From positions 62,001 to 126,000 of the forward strand of contig KZ537961.1 of NCBI GenBank assembly GCA_000934665.2: a DNA stretch of 64,000 bases, in the 5' to 3' direction. Below are positions 1 to 13,736 of this stretch, one piece after another. The translations under genes and the position numbers were made by a program. How positions within the stretch are numbered: the first letter of the stretch is position 1; each line of letters opens with the position of its first letter. The notes beneath the pieces were generated by a model that worked only from the letters and a program-made list of their open reading frames with translations, had not been told where the DNA came from and did not search any database. Source of the stretch: Catajapyx aquilonaris. Taxonomy: Eukaryota.

Positions 1-760
1 GGCGCAGGTTCTACCCAGAAAGAGAGGCTGTGGAATATCAAGATCACCTATATTGAATGCAACTCGCTCTCAAGAGGTGAGGTTGTAGATCAACAATGTG
101 GGACATTGTTGACCAATTTTGGTTTCAGCTCCTGATGGATGTTTGCAGTACTTTCCGTTGTCTACTGGACGAGTTGAGATGTTCAACTTTCCTAATCCGC
201 CGCATTTGGCCATGTTGGACTATTCTATATGTGTCAGGAAAGACGATGGGGCCTGCACTATTGTGGTACGTTGGATTCACACCAGTGTCGCTAGTCGCTG
301 TCTAATCCTGCGCATGCGCATTTCAGTGGCGGCCATGTCCGGAGATAGAAAACGCGTTTTTCTTCACCGGTACCGAAAAGACTGGCCGAAATGAGGACTA
401 CATGTTGCAAACTACCAGTACCGAATCGATTGACCCCATGTCATCTGAGATGACCAGCTCAGGCGCTGACCCAAACCCTTCAATGATGACCACGAACCTA
501 TGCATGACCGACTATGTCACTGTGATGACCGACAGAGTTGACCGATTCTGCGGTAACAAATTGGGCGAGGTCAACCAAATTAAATGTATGTACCATACTG
601 TATTCAGTACACAATTTTATACATATTTAATGGCCATTTATTTTCAGCGAGTTCGCGACCTTTCACACTTCGGGTCAAGACGAATGAGGAGGAGACCATG
701 AGTAAGGACATTGGAAACACCGGTTTTTGTCTAATGTGGCGGCAGGAACCATGTTCTTAG
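1..760 (+). CDS. G0: 3' part (last 4 exons) of a CUB-domain-like family gene, 5' end outside window
   Basis: Exons 1-76, 129-265, 327-585, 648-760 with GT-AG introns read ..WNIKITYIECNSLSR/APDGCLQYF..PHLAMLDYSICVRK../WRPC..CMTDYV..DRFCG../SRPFTLRVKT..NTGFCLMWRQEPCS*; AATAAA at 912-917. Confidence 0.85.
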
Positions 761-1678
761 ACTCAGTACAATACTAACTGTGAATACAACGAAGAGCATT
801 TATGAAAACTGGACAGGTTGGTCACAAAGTAGCCTATCGTGGATAATATCTGGCGTGAACTAGCGACTACTTTCAAACGTTATTTATATTTCAATCCCAA
901 ATTAACAGAGCAATAAACAACCTGAAAATCTTGTTCGGTTACGTTATAATTTATTCCCCCCCCCCCCCCCCCCCNTTATTCCCCCCCCCCCTCTCCACCA
1001 ATGGAATGTTTCTCATTGACCTCAATGTAACAAAGACAATAAATAGCTCGACTTTCATTATGATTTATAGCGTATTCCTCCTAATAAGTGTGTGCATACT
1101 GTACCTCGCAAGTCAAGGGCTGCATAATATTACAGCATGTAATTTATCAGCTGATTACTGAACAATATTGGTTACCCCAGTTTTATATAACTGGAACAAT
1201 CAAGACTGAACCTGACAAAACAGGCTGTAAATGATTACTGGTACTTTGAGAGAAGTTTAACCTTGTTTACTTCTGAGCTAATTAATCATGACCTTTGTTG
1301 TGCTATTTTAAATGCTAATTCATTTAAAAAATGTGTTACTTACATTATGAGGACGTCATTGCACTAGTAACAATATGCTGGTACTGTGCAGTATACACTA
1401 CTTGTACTTCCCATTTGAAGGAAGTGTCTGTCTAACGGGTATGGCTGTACCCCATATGACAACAATGTAACTGAATGAGTTACATGAAACGAGGTCAATT
1501 CACTAAAATCGTACAATCAATGTTACATTGGTAAAAATTTGACAAAAATATAAATTCAGCTGTAATATTTATTAGTGTTATTTCACTGAAAAAATAAAAA
1601 CATCTTTCCTCTTTACAATGTGCATAAATTATGTTAAATAAATAGTTACAACCGGTTTACAACACATGTGCCTCCAAA

Positions 1679-3211
1679 TCATGGGCTTTGATTCCACTTG
1701 AAACAAAATCCTGTATTTTCCTCATCCTCCATTTCCTGGTCGTCCGTCTTGATCCGGACCACAAAAGGTGCCGACGAAGCTGCAAAAAAAAAAAATAATA
1801 ATCAAAAATATAACTATGTAAATATATCAACCTGATGTGACTTACTAGAAATGGGCGATCCTCCTAAGTCAGCACCGCAGAACCGATCAGATGAATTGGG
1901 TGGTGTCCTTTCCCAAGTGGCCTGAGGGATGACCATGTAGTCGTCGATGCAACCCTCGGTCTGGACCATCGGAGACGACGTGGTCCTATTGGCTTTGGGA
2001 ATGCCGCTTATGAAGAAGTCTCCAGAGGTGCATTCGGCCCATTGTATCCGGTTCATCCCAGCTTCCTTTCTGACACATATGCCGTAAGCCAGGTTGGCCA
2101 GATGAGGTGAATGGTTGTAGTTGAACACGCTGACTTGTCCGGTAGGACCAGTGAAGTACTGCAAGCAACCGTCCGGAGCTGTCCGGGATAATAATATAAT
2201 TAGTGCAAATATTAATAAAAGGCAATTATATTACCTCTAGTTAGTGAATTGCATTCAATCATGGTCATCATCACTTTCCAGGTCCGGTCCATATTTTGGT
2301 TCGGGTCTAAGATGACGTTGAGGGTCACGGTGTCGCTGGTACCGTAGTCCACATATACTATAAGGAAAATACCAGGATGAACACCCTAGATGGTGATAGA
2401 GGTCTAACTTACAGTGTTGGCCGCTCAGATTTCCACATAATGTAGGGACAGCTGTCCCGTCTGCTCCAGATATTGTCAGCCTGTCCTGCAGACACTGTCC
2501 TTCTTGGTTCAGCTCCATAGATGGACCTCCAACAGTGAACACCTCGAAGTCCAGTCTCACTTGACACGTACTAGGCGCCTATAGGAAACAAATTAGTGCA
2601 ATCGGCAGTGTTGTTCGTGCTTCAAAGACAATACCTTCCTAATGCGAATCTGGCAGTAGTCCGGTACACGAGGAGAAAACCCGTGGGGGTAACCAGGGTT
2701 GATAAAAGCTGTATTGTTGACATTCACTGTGGCACTACATGTCGCACGTACTGGAATTTGCACAAAAAGTGGGCAGGAAAGTGTAGTGCCGTAAAATACG
2801 GCGCCGGTACCGAAAGGGTGTGTAAAATAAAATTTAGGCGTACTTACAAAGGCAACAAACACCAAACCCTCCTGCACAATTTCCGTGTACTTGTCCACCT
2901 AAACGTTCACAACCAGTCCTATCAAGAAAGATGGGCTTGTCAACAATGGTTAAGTCAAATGCTACAACACATACCTAGAGTGGCATAACCCGTTTTCACC
3001 ACCAGGTCCTTTACATGCACTTCCATCGATCCTCATGATTGCCAACAAAACTGCAACAATGTAATTGTTACTACCAGCAATTGCCAACAATTGATGTTCA
3101 CTTACATCGTTCTTTCTGGCTGGTGTTGACTTTTTTGCTGGTACCCAGTACATTGTAGCCGGTTAATAACACCGCACTGATGCACACTAACACTATTACA
3201 AACTTGGCCAT
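1679..3211 (-). CDS. G1: secreted CUB-domain-like protein with N-terminal Cys-rich module, 9 exons, divergent member
   Basis: MAKFVIVLVCISAVLLTG signal peptide; exons GSACKGPGGENGLCHS / GCERLGGQVHGNCAGGFGVCC / FINPGYP / CQVRLDFE..TLCGNLSGQH / APDGCLQYF..HLANLAYGICVRKE / DRFCG / NTGFCFKWNQSP*; GT-AG introns in compatible phases. Confidence 0.85.
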
Positions 3212-4517
3212 TTCAAGACCAGTGACCTTCTGAGGGTTGGACGTGTCTTTGGGTCCCATATAAAGGATTTTCTCAAACGGTAACAAAATTCGCGACAAAG
3301 AAATTTGCGGCTGCCGTGCGTTACCTCAGCATCACACTTCGTTTAGCAAACATAACGGGGGTACTTCACAGTTTCCCAAAAATAGGCAAAGCTGATGACC
3401 CGGTCTTGAAACACTCTTCGGTGGAAGTGGCTCACCAAATAAAACTTTGAATAAGTCAGTATAAAAATTTTAGTCAAATTTTTCAGAAAATTGTTGACTA
3501 AAAAATTAGGCAAATAATGTTGATTATCAGATTTCATGTACTATCCTCCAACTGCAATTGTTGGTGCTCAACTGCGCATGCGTCATGGCCTGAGTGCTGT
3601 AAAATAGCACGTTTGTGGCCATCAACGTTACAAATCCGACAACAATACCTCAACAATACGAATCCTTTATTCTGTACGCACGAGGAAGCATGAAAAGGCC
3701 ACAAAAAATTTCTAGTTCATCACATTTTTATCGTTTTTTTTTTTTGTTTAAATTTTAAAAAGCGGTTCTTTTCAAGGCAACCAGATTTACCAAAACCCAC
3801 ATCGAAATGGGATAATAACAATGTAGGGTATGTTATGAAAAAAAAAATGTAATTAATTTTGAGTGATGTTCCAGGAAGGTCTTATGGAGTCATAGGTGAA
3901 GGGTTTTAAAGTTGAAACATGGCAACCAAGGACCAATCGGATGATGGGTGGGGTCCCTTGCGGCTAGTTTTCAATATTCTGAGGGAGGCAGGGGGCAGGG
4001 TGAGGAGAGGAGAGAGCAAGTGGACATTTAGGTCCACAGCCTACTTTTCAACTCTTGGGGCTATCGGTTATGTTCATGGCCTTATTACATATGGTAGTGC
4101 ATTTTGTGCATCGTGTCATAAAGGAGCAGTCATGAAACACATTATTGGATTGTGTAATTTTTGCAATTGCTACTGGAGGGGCGGTGTTCTTAAATTATGT
4201 GAGACAAGAGGGTGGGAAACGCCATGGGAAATTACATGGGAGCTTAACGCCATATTATTTGGGTCACTGCCCACTTGCTGTGTCCTTGAAGAGAATGCTC
4301 TCGAGAATATTCAGATTGATGTGTATGTCACAGATTCTCAAACCAAGCAAACAATATCCTACGAATGAAATAAAATTTATTTACTTACAAGTATTTACAT
4401 TAAGCAAAAAGTACCATATTTTCAATTTTTCTGTAAAAATTTTAATGGGTTTAAAATAGAAGCATATTAGTCATACATTAGGAAACAATTGTGCCGGAGT
4501 AATTTGCATTCGAATTT

Positions 4518-4615
4518 TATAAGGTAATCAGTAGTATAAGGTAATAGTAGTATAAGGTAATCAGTATTGTAGTATAAGGTAATCAGTATTGTAGTATAAG
4601 GTAATCAGTAGTATT
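4518..4615. repeat. Minisatellite, about 5 copies of TATAAGGTAATCAGTA(TTGTA)G (16-22 nt unit)
   Basis: Direct tandem repetition visible in sequence. Confidence 0.85.
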
Positions 4616-5074
4616 TTCCTAGTATTTCTCATACTGTTTACCTTCGGTTAAAAATTCGCGGTTTCCTCAACCTGAATCCTACCAGATTTACAATCGGCAC
4701 CCGAAGTGCAAAATTTATCGTTATACAATCTACCATTTGGCAATATATTCCCACACCATTAAAGTAATAAAAATCCTCCAAACTGGCTAATAAACCCCTG
4801 CTCTTGACACTGCCAATTTCCCACATTGGCTCCTCCTGTTTTTTTGCAAATTTCGCCAAAAAAATGAGTATGGCAAGTATACATTATTCTCCTTGTTCGG
4901 TGGGTGGGTCCAGGGCGAAAGGGAAGAAGTAAGAGGAGGTTTTGAGAGTGAAGGGGTCGAAGTCGAGGGTTACCTGGATACTAGTGGCTGCCCTGGCCTA
5001 ATCATTAGATCTCCCTGAGGGGGGGATCACTACGTAAGCTAGACACCATTGTAGAGTGCCCTTCTATCCAGGGA

Positions 5075-5114
5075 TATATAAGCTCGGGAGGAGCTGGAAA
5101 AGTAGCAATCAGCT
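5075..5114 (+). promoter_or_regulatory. Core promoter of cuticle protein gene (TATA box plus initiator-like TCAGCT)
   Basis: TATATAA at 5075-5081, TCAGCT at 5109-5114, ATG at 5164. Confidence 0.65.
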
Positions 5115-5163
5115 ACCGACAGGTCGTGAGGAACCAACAAGAGCTCCCAGTCCAGCTAAAGAC

Positions 5164-5876
5164 ATGCTGAAGGTAAGCGCAAGTGCAACTACTTTCGCTT
5201 TTGACAAGATTTCAAGTCCAGTGGGAGTGGGCAACAATGCGGCAGGTCTACTAACACACTTATGTACAGGAGTTACATAACATTTTTTTGGTATCAGTTC
5301 GCAGTTCTTTTGGCCGTTGTGGCCGTGGCTAACGCTGGAGTCGCCCCCGCTGCGTACGGACACGCGTTGTCGCACGGATTCGCAGGGCCTGCTCTGGCTG
5401 CACCTGCTGCTGGATTCCATGGCCATCTTGGTGGCCATTTGGGCGCACCAGTAGCCTATGCCGCACCAGTGGCCAAGGTGGCCGCTCCTCTCGCCTACGC
5501 TGCCCCTGCTGTGGCCAAGGTGGCCGTGGCTGAGGAGTATGACCCCCATCCCCAGTACAGCTACTCATACTCTGTTGCTGATGGCCTGACTGGTGACACC
5601 AAGGGACACCAAGAGTCTCGTGACGGCGATGTTGTCCAGGGCAGCTACTCTGTTGCTGACCCCGATGGTACCCTCCGTACTGTTCACTACACTGCTGACC
5701 CCATCAACGGATTCAACGCCGTCATCGACCGTCAGGCACCCGCCGTGGCCAAGGTGGCCGCCCCTGTTGCAGTGGCCAAAGTTGCTGCCCCCCTGGCCTA
5801 CGCCGCCCCAGTGGCCAAGTTCCACGCAGCCCCTCTGGCTGCTGCTCCTCTGCCTTATGGCAAGGGTTTCTTCTAA
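5164..5876 (+). CDS. Cuticular protein, CPR family RR-2 type (chitin-binding Rebers-Riddiford domain), 195 aa, 2 exons
   Basis: Exon 1 5164-5172 (MLK|gtaagc), exon 2 5298-5876; signal peptide, AAP(V/L)A repeats, RR-2 consensus [69 protein letters not shown] at 5985-5990. Confidence 0.97.
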
Positions 5877-6711
5877 ACACTCTCGTTGTTGACCTGTGAC
5901 CTGTTACTTCCCAGCTCTGACCATACACACACTGCTCATTTGTTTTATAATTTATTTATGAACTGTATACCGCTTGATGGTGGCAATAAACGCTTCCAGC
6001 ATGTACCCAGTCAGCACCTCTTATTTATTTAACCTACAATATTCCGACCGTAATACAAAATAATGTTGTACTTAATCATAATTATATATTCACCAGTCAC
6101 TATAGTATTTGAATAAAATTTCTAATTATGTATTTTGCATAACAGTGTATAATCGAATAATTCGCATAGTTTTTAAAATACATTAGAATAATAAGAAAAT
6201 CACGCGTCCTATTTAAGTATTTTTTATGTCACACCAATATTCTGAGCTTTTAATTTGCCACTCACTAGTCAAGTTATGAAAGGTATTGCATAATAGTGCA
6301 ACCTGCAGCGAGGCGGCTCCGTTATCAGTATTGCCAATGTCATCTTAGAGTTCGTTGCATTTCTTAATATGGTAGGTGAAATTGAAGGTGAGAAAGGAGT
6401 CAATGTATGGGTTATCCATGCACAATGGGGCCATAATCTAGTATCAGTCTATAAGTACGTATGTGTCCTTGCAGCCAACTAGGAGAAGTGAAAGTGTACT
6501 CAGCATGGTGCCTTTTTTTTGTCCCCACTCGCCTACTAACGTGCTTCGGTATATTGCCAGGAGATAACGAAGATGAATGAAATCGTTGAAGGAGCAAACT
6601 GATTACTATAAGAGACTCATAAGGTGACGGCCATCAAGAAATCAAATGTGCACCACATTAATGCTCACAATATTCATATTTATGCTTTATCAGTACAGTG
6701 TCTTTGCATTA

Positions 6712-8442
6712 TTATGTCTGCCTATACTTCAAGCAGAAGCCAATGTTGTTCATGTCACCATATTCTCGATCGTTGGTTACAACATTGATTTGAAACGGTT
6801 TTGTGTCACCTTAAAAGAAGTGGTAGGTTACTAACATACTGTTGCGATGGTAAAGTGCCTGACATTGCCACTTACTTGTAATTGGTACGTTAGAAGCAGA
6901 GCCGTCAGGATTAAGAGAAGTTCCGCAAAACACATTGCTCGTGTATACGCCGTTACGAGCATATGTTCTTCCCGATATTTGAATATAATCGTTTCTGCAA
7001 GCATTGTCCTGAAGAGCGTATGGCCTATTGGCGTCACCAGTCATGGAAAACGATTGCCAGTTGCACACTTCCCACTTAAAAGTAATATTGCAGAATAATA
7101 ATAATGATGATTTCGTAAAATTCAAACGGGTATAGTACTGACGTACGACGATGTTTTTCTTGCCCAACTCTTTCCTGACACACACAGTGTAGTGCAGATT
7201 AGCCAAATGTGGTGGTCGATTAGGATTGTAGCCAAGCATTGTCACCTGCCCAGCACCACTAGTGTCGTAGTAATATTGCTGGCAACCATCCGGAGCTAAC
7301 CAAATGCAAACAATTAACAATTATTCATTATCATAATTTACCGTAAATGGTAAATTCACGAAAGGTAACGCACCTTTAGTTAATGAAATGCATTCTATAT
7401 ATTTAACTTTAATGCTCCATATTTTAGGGCCTTTTCCTAGGAAATCTAGGTTCATGTCGCTATTTCCTTCAACATCGATGTACACTGGAGTATGAAAACA
7501 TCATAACTCTATATTATGAAATACTTCATGTCAAAGCTATACAGATGAAGTAACAACTTACAGTGTTGGTTGCTGAATTCTCCACAAAATTCGGGATATT
7601 GATATGTGAGCTTAGGCCATGAGCTTACAGAAAATTTGGCTTGATCGCACACACCGTTACTATTTGGCGGTGGCAACGAAAACTTCTCAAAATCCAGCCG
7701 AACTTGGCAAATAGGTGGTGTATTATCGGAATCGGAAGGCTTTAATATTTTAAATGATGATAATAATTAAACTATAGTTTTAAGAATGTAATATATGGCT
7801 GTACATACCATTTGGATTACAAGACGACATTGGCTGCGCACGTTTGGTGACGGATACTCTGGATTTTGATAGTAAGTGTCATTTCTGTAGAGGTTAGCGA
7901 TTGGATATGGTATGCCACAGTGAAACATATTGCGATCTAAATATGATATAATTTGACAGTATGTAACGAAATGCAACTCCTGGCCCTTGTCTTAAGCATA
8001 GTCTGCATTATTTTTTCAGTATTCAGATCAACTCACCAGCACAGCAAACACCTTGATCCCCAGCACATTTTTTCGCCACATATCCATCAATCTTGCTGCA
8101 TTCATAACTGCGGGAGTGTGTTAAGTTATTATTTAGTATAAAATATAGACTGATATTTTATGCTCATTCCTTACCTTGCAACGCATTTTCCGTAAATACC
8201 TTCGACATCGCCCGTACCAAAGATCAGGTACAATATTGGCATTGAAAGAAGGAATGTAATAATGTAACATTGCAATAATATATTCTACATAAAGACTGCA
8301 CGCAACAATCGGATTTAAGAGATTACTTACAGTCGTTGTCATAGTCGAAGTCGTCCTCTTCAGATTGTCCTGACACGAAGTGACTTGTGACGTATATTGT
8401 TACAAGCACCTTAAGCACTAGACCACCCTCATTCGACTTCAT
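6712..8442 (-). CDS. G2: secreted CUB-domain-like protein, micro-exon clade
   Basis: MKSNEGGLVLKVLVTIYVTSHFVSG-QSEEDDFDYDND; predicted 25-nt exon 8175-8199; YECSKIDG..CAGDQGVCC; YQNPEYP; CQVRLDFE; APDGCQQY; NIGFCLKYRQT*. Several acceptors are AAG. Confidence 0.75.
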
Positions 8443-9240
8443 TTTTTTCTGTCTATATACTGCCTGAGTCAAAATGCGCATCTACGAGATCTGGCCTAGA
8501 GGAAGTCAGGCTCCTCTCTCTTATATAACAACTTATCAATATCCAGTATATTAGGATCCAGTAAAAATGAGAAAGGAAAATATTAATAGACATGTCAAAA
8601 TAGAAGTCCATAGAATTTCGCTAGCATTAAATTCATAACGCTGGAATTATGCATGAGACTTACATTCACGTAAACGAGTAGAGGACTGACACTCATCTCA
8701 TGCAGGAATTATTCATTACTAAATGAAATGCATATGGCTCCTCATCTGGACGTAACTATTCATTTGTCAAATTACGTCTCTAATAAACTGGAACTAGTGA
8801 CAATGGAGCAAGTGCGTGATGCAGCTTTTGGAATTGAAATTATAACAGCAGCCCACGTCGCTGCAGGAATGCTGCATTTAGAGTAGCCCATAGATCTGAA
8901 AGTGATGCTTCAAAACCCCAGTTGCATCATACCCTTGTTTTGCAGTCATCTGGATATACTGTACAGTATACGCGTATTGCTGTAACATATGATTCGCTTC
9001 GGGAACTAACACCATTTTGTATTCATGTAACTCCATCTGTATTTAGTGAATTTAGAGTGAAAACAACATACGGGTTCAAGAGATAATAATCCCTGATTTA
9101 ATGCATAAGGAATTTACTGAACGATAATTTAACACAATGTTTCTGCCTACATCAGAAGTTGCATTTTATATAAGAAGTGTGCAAGCATACAGTTCATCGA
9201 CAGCAGTCATATTATATCGAGCAATAATTGCAAAGTAGAT

Positions 9241-11016
9241 TTACGTCTGTCTGTAGGTCAAGCAAAAGCCAATATTATTTCTGTCCGCGTCCATATTTTC
9301 CAGGCCGTTAGTAACAACATTGATGGCGAATGGTGTTGAAGAAGCTGAAAGTTACAAATCAGTAGGTTACTAATAACCAGTTGGACTCCCATATTTTACT
9401 GGCACTTACTTGTAACTGACACGCTGGGCGAAGGTCTACGAGCCTGGGTAAGGTCAGGGTTCAAAGCAGTCCCACAAAACACGTTATCAGAATATATTCC
9501 AGGAGCAATCATAGATCGTCCCCAGATTTGGATGTAGTCGGTTTTGCACGTGTTATCTTGTAGGGCTAATGTCGACAGGCTGGCGTCACCAGTCATGGAG
9601 AAGTATCTCGAACTGCACAAATCCCACTGAGAAATCAGGTTTTTTTTTATACTTATTACATAACGGATGATGGAACAAAAGTCCGCACTTTTAACAAAAT
9701 TGTGCTTACGGTAATGCTTTTCTTTCCAAGTTCCCTTCTGACACACACGGTGTATAGCAAATTAGCCAGGTGTGGTGGTCGATTAGGATTGAAGCCAAGT
9801 ATTTCTACTCGTCCAGAACCACTGGTGCCATGGTAATATTGCAGGCAACCATCCGGAGCTAGTCAACATGTAGGACAGAATAAATATAATGGTTCATAAT
9901 ATTATGCAAGTACACAATTACCTTGTGCTAATGAATTACAGGGTATGTAATTCACTTTAATTTTCCAGTTACTCGAATATGAGCCTGATCCATAAAATGA
10001 TAACCATACGCGAGAGAGCGAGGTTATTTCTCATTGCAAATACCCTGAAATCAAACATTACAGAGCAATCGATTAACCACAATTTATTGATTTCCCAGAA
10101 TTAGCTTACGATATTGAAGTATACTTACTATGCTGGTTGCTGAATTCTCCACATAACTCGATTGGATCCCTTCCATCAAATCTATCCTGCCTTATTAACA
10201 ATTTAGCTTGATCGCACACACCGTCACTGTTTGGGGGTGGCAATGAAAACTTTTCAAAATCTAAACGAACTTGACAAGAGCCCGGATACTGTAAGCATAC
10301 AGTTTTCTCGTTATTGATTAAGTTATACGTTTTTGTAAAACAAACAAACATACATACATACAATCATACGTACATTATGGAGAGCTAATACGGCGTCGCA
10401 TATAGGCCTCATTGCTCCCTTGATTTCTACCGAGTATGATGATGGATAGTTCGGATTGAGAAAGTAAGTGTTGTTATAACATGTATAGGAGCCACAAGTT
10501 ATCGTCTGAAAATCCGATGAAACCATGGAACGAAATGTGAGTGTTTCTATTGTGCAATTGAATTAATAATAATTCATATAAACTCACTGCAGCAAACACC
10601 GTTTACGCTACATTGACCGATTGGAGTCCCTCCTCTCTTACTGCATTCACGACTATATAAAGCAAAAACGTGTTCATAAAGATTAGCGGCAATGAGAGAC
10701 ATACACTATACAGTTTCCTGACCTTGATAAGCAATTCTTATAAGGGCCTTCGATGTTACAGAGACAAGTCAAAAAAAAATAGTCACGTTCGGGGGGTGGG
10801 GGGGGGGGCAGTGCATTAACGAACGTGTCACATAACTACTGAATTACTGTGCCACGTATGTAATCAGTATTAAAAACATGAGCGTGCAAAGGTATTATAC
10901 TCACAGTCGTCCGCTTTGAGCATCAGGGAGGGTTCCAATTTTTGGCTGGACACATTGCTACTAGACACTATTATCAAGAGTGCCAGTAGAGACGGACCAC
11001 TTCGACTGAACTTCAT
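9241..11016 (-). pseudogene. G3: CUB-domain-like copy with in-frame TGA in exon 6 (probable young pseudogene or null allele)
   Basis: All 9 exons present and close to G4, but exon 6 reads RYLQ*EITSLSRVW (TGA at 10031-10033) versus MYVHQGKVSSLPRVW in G4. Confidence 0.7.
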
Positions 11017-11423
11017 TTTGGAACGACTGATGTCCTGCGTGAGAAATGTGCTCACTATATAGTGAGTTGCCAAGCTCCTTATCATACTCACATATCACGT
11101 ATTTAAAATCCAATATGCATTGAAAAGCGCCGAACACTCGTTGGATTATGAATAGGTAATATTGTGAATGAGGACAAGTTCATATTGTAGGTTTTGGTAT
11201 TGAAAGTAGTCTGACAGACTGCGTATTTTATTCGTTTTAATATAAGTTTATTTTATGTACACATTTATTAAATCCCTGACGATTATATCTACCACTTGCA
11301 TAACGTTTTGTGCATTTTTAAAAATAGACGAAAGTGGTTGTTATTATTATGCAGTCATAATGTACACATGACGCATATACCCACTACATACGTTTATTCC
11401 TGAGTTGGATTACGTAATATATT

Positions 11424-11513
11424 TTATTTATTTATTTATTTTCATAGCCAATTTTGGGGCCTGGGGCCCCTTTAGGGGGACAACACACTCTGATGGTACA
11501 CTAAATTCATAAT
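11424..11513 (-). mobile_element. Short 5'-truncated retroposon insertion with (TAAA)n tail
   Basis: Flanked by GATTACGTA(A/G)TATATT direct repeats (11408-11423, 11514-11529); absent from the paralogous position near 14140-14160. Confidence 0.6.
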
Positions 11514-12017
11514 GATTACGTAGTATATTATTAAACCACATGAGATGTATTATTTACTGAAGCTAATATAAGTATGCAAATTCCAAAATGACAAGATCCA
11601 CAGCATAAATGCCAAAATGCGCATCAATATAATTATGGCCTAGAGGTAGTCATCAGGTTCCTCTCTCTTATATAATAACTTATCAATATCCAGCATAGGA
11701 TCCAGTAAAAATGAGAAAAGAAAATATTAATAGACCTGTCAAAATAGAAGTCCATCGAATTTCTCTAACTCTACGGCGATCTCGTATAATTATGCTCTAT
11801 AGCTGCGGAACTGTATTTAGTGAATTTAGAGCGTGCAAACAACATAATATTATGTGTTTGAGAGATACGTAATCATCCCTTATTTAATGCATTATGAATT
11901 TATTGAACAATAATTTTACAGTGTTTCTGCCTACAATCAGAATTTGCAGTTTTTTATAGGTGTGTCAGCATACAGAAGTCATATCATATCGAGCGATTAT
12001 TATTACAGAGTATAGAT

Positions 12018-13736
12018 TTACGTCTGTCTGTAGGTTAAGCAAAAGCCAATATTATTTCTGTCCGCATCCATATTTTCCAGGCCGTTAGTAACAACATTGA
12101 TGGCGAATGGTGTTGAAGAAGCTGAAAGTTGCAAATCAGTAGGTTACTAATAACCAGTTGGATTCCCATATTTTACTGTCACTTACTTGTAACTGACACG
12201 CTGGACGAAGGTCTACGAGCCTTGGTAAGGTCAGGGTTCAAAGCAGTTCCACAAAACACGTTATCAGAATATATTCCCGGGGCAATCATAGATCTTCCCC
12301 AGATTTGGATGTAGTCAGTTTTGCACATATTGTCTTGCAGGGCTAATGTCCACAGGCTGGCGTCATCAGTCATGGAGAAGGATTTCGAATTGCACAAATC
12401 CCACTGAGAAATAAGGTGTTTTTTTTACTTATTGTACATAACAGAATATGGAACAAAAGTCAACACTTCTTTTAAAAAGATTGTGCTTACGGTAATGGTT
12501 TTCTTTCCAAGTTCCCTTCTGACACACACTGTGTACAGCAAATTAGCCAGATGTGGTGGCCGATTAGGATTGTAGCCAAGTATTTCTACTTGTCCAGAAC
12601 CACTTGTGCCATGGTAATATTGCAGGCAACCATCCGGAGCTATAGTTAACATAATTATATAGGACTGAATTAATAATGTTGCAAAAATTATGTAACGTAC
12701 ACAATTACCTTGTACTATTGAATTACAGGGTATGTATTTCACTTTAATTCTCCAGTTATATGACCCTGATCCAGAAAATGTTAACCATACGCGAGGGAGA
12801 CTGGATACTTTCCCTTGATGGACATACACTGAAATTAAACATTACAAAACGATTGATTCACCACAACAGATTAACGGGAATTACTTTAAGATATTGAAGT
12901 ATTGAAATGACTTACTGTGCTGGTTGCTGAATTCTCCACATAGCTCTGGGATAGGATCAATCTGATCAAATCCAGTAGTTGTTATTTTCAATTTAGCTTG
13001 GTTACACACACCGTCACTGTTTGGTGGTGGCAAAGAAAACTTTTCAAAATCTAAACGAACTTGACAGGAGCCCGGATTCTGTAAGCATACAGTTTTCACA
13101 TTATTGATTAAGCTTATACAGTATATTATTGTTAAACAAAAACTGACATGCATACATACATTATAGAGAGCCAGTACAAAGTGGCATTTAATCTGGCCAG
13201 TGTCTGATGATGGATAATTCGGATTGAGAAGGTAAGTGTTGTTAACATATGTTTCGTAGCTACATTTTTCCTCGAAATCTGACGAAACCAGGCATAACAA
13301 AATGTGATTGTTTCTATTGTGCAATTGAATTAATAATAATTAACATAAACTCACTGCAGCAAACACCGTTTACTCGACATTGTCCGCTTGAAGTCCCTCC
13401 TCTCCTGCTGCATTCATAACTACAGCAAAAACATGTTCATAAAGATTAGTGGCAACGAGAGACATATACAGTTTCCTTACCTTGATAAGCAATTGCTATA
13501 AGGGCCTTCGATGTTATAGAGACAAGTCCAAGAAAAACAGTCACGTTCGGCGGGCAAAACAGTGCATTAATGTCATGTCACATAACTACTGAATTACTGT
13601 GCCACGTATAATAATTATACTCACAGTCGTCCGCTTTGAGCATCAGGGAGGGTTCCAATTTTTGGCTGGACACATTGCTACTAGACACTATTATCAATAG
13701 TGCCAGTAGAGACGGACCACATCGACTCAACTTCAT
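12018..13736 (-). CDS. G4: secreted CUB-domain-like protein, micro-exon clade
   Basis: MKLSRCGPSLLALLIIVSSSNVSS signal; 25-nt exon 13481-13505; YECSRRGGTSSGQCRVNGVCC; LNPNYPS; CQVRLDFE; APDGCLQY; NIGFCLTYRQT*; TATATATA at 13776-13783. Confidence 0.8.

Noticed and set aside
3919..4459. 149-aa and 104-aa plus-strand ORFs between G1 and the cuticle gene
   Set aside because: No recognisable motif, splice pattern or codon bias; may be repeat-derived but I could not define termini.
4518..4615. Short repeats as CRISPR-like array
   Set aside because: No unique spacers, eukaryotic context; simple minisatellite.
5056..5928. Overlapping and antisense ORFs over the cuticle gene
   Set aside because: Shadow frames of a GC-rich, Ala/Pro-biased coding sequence.
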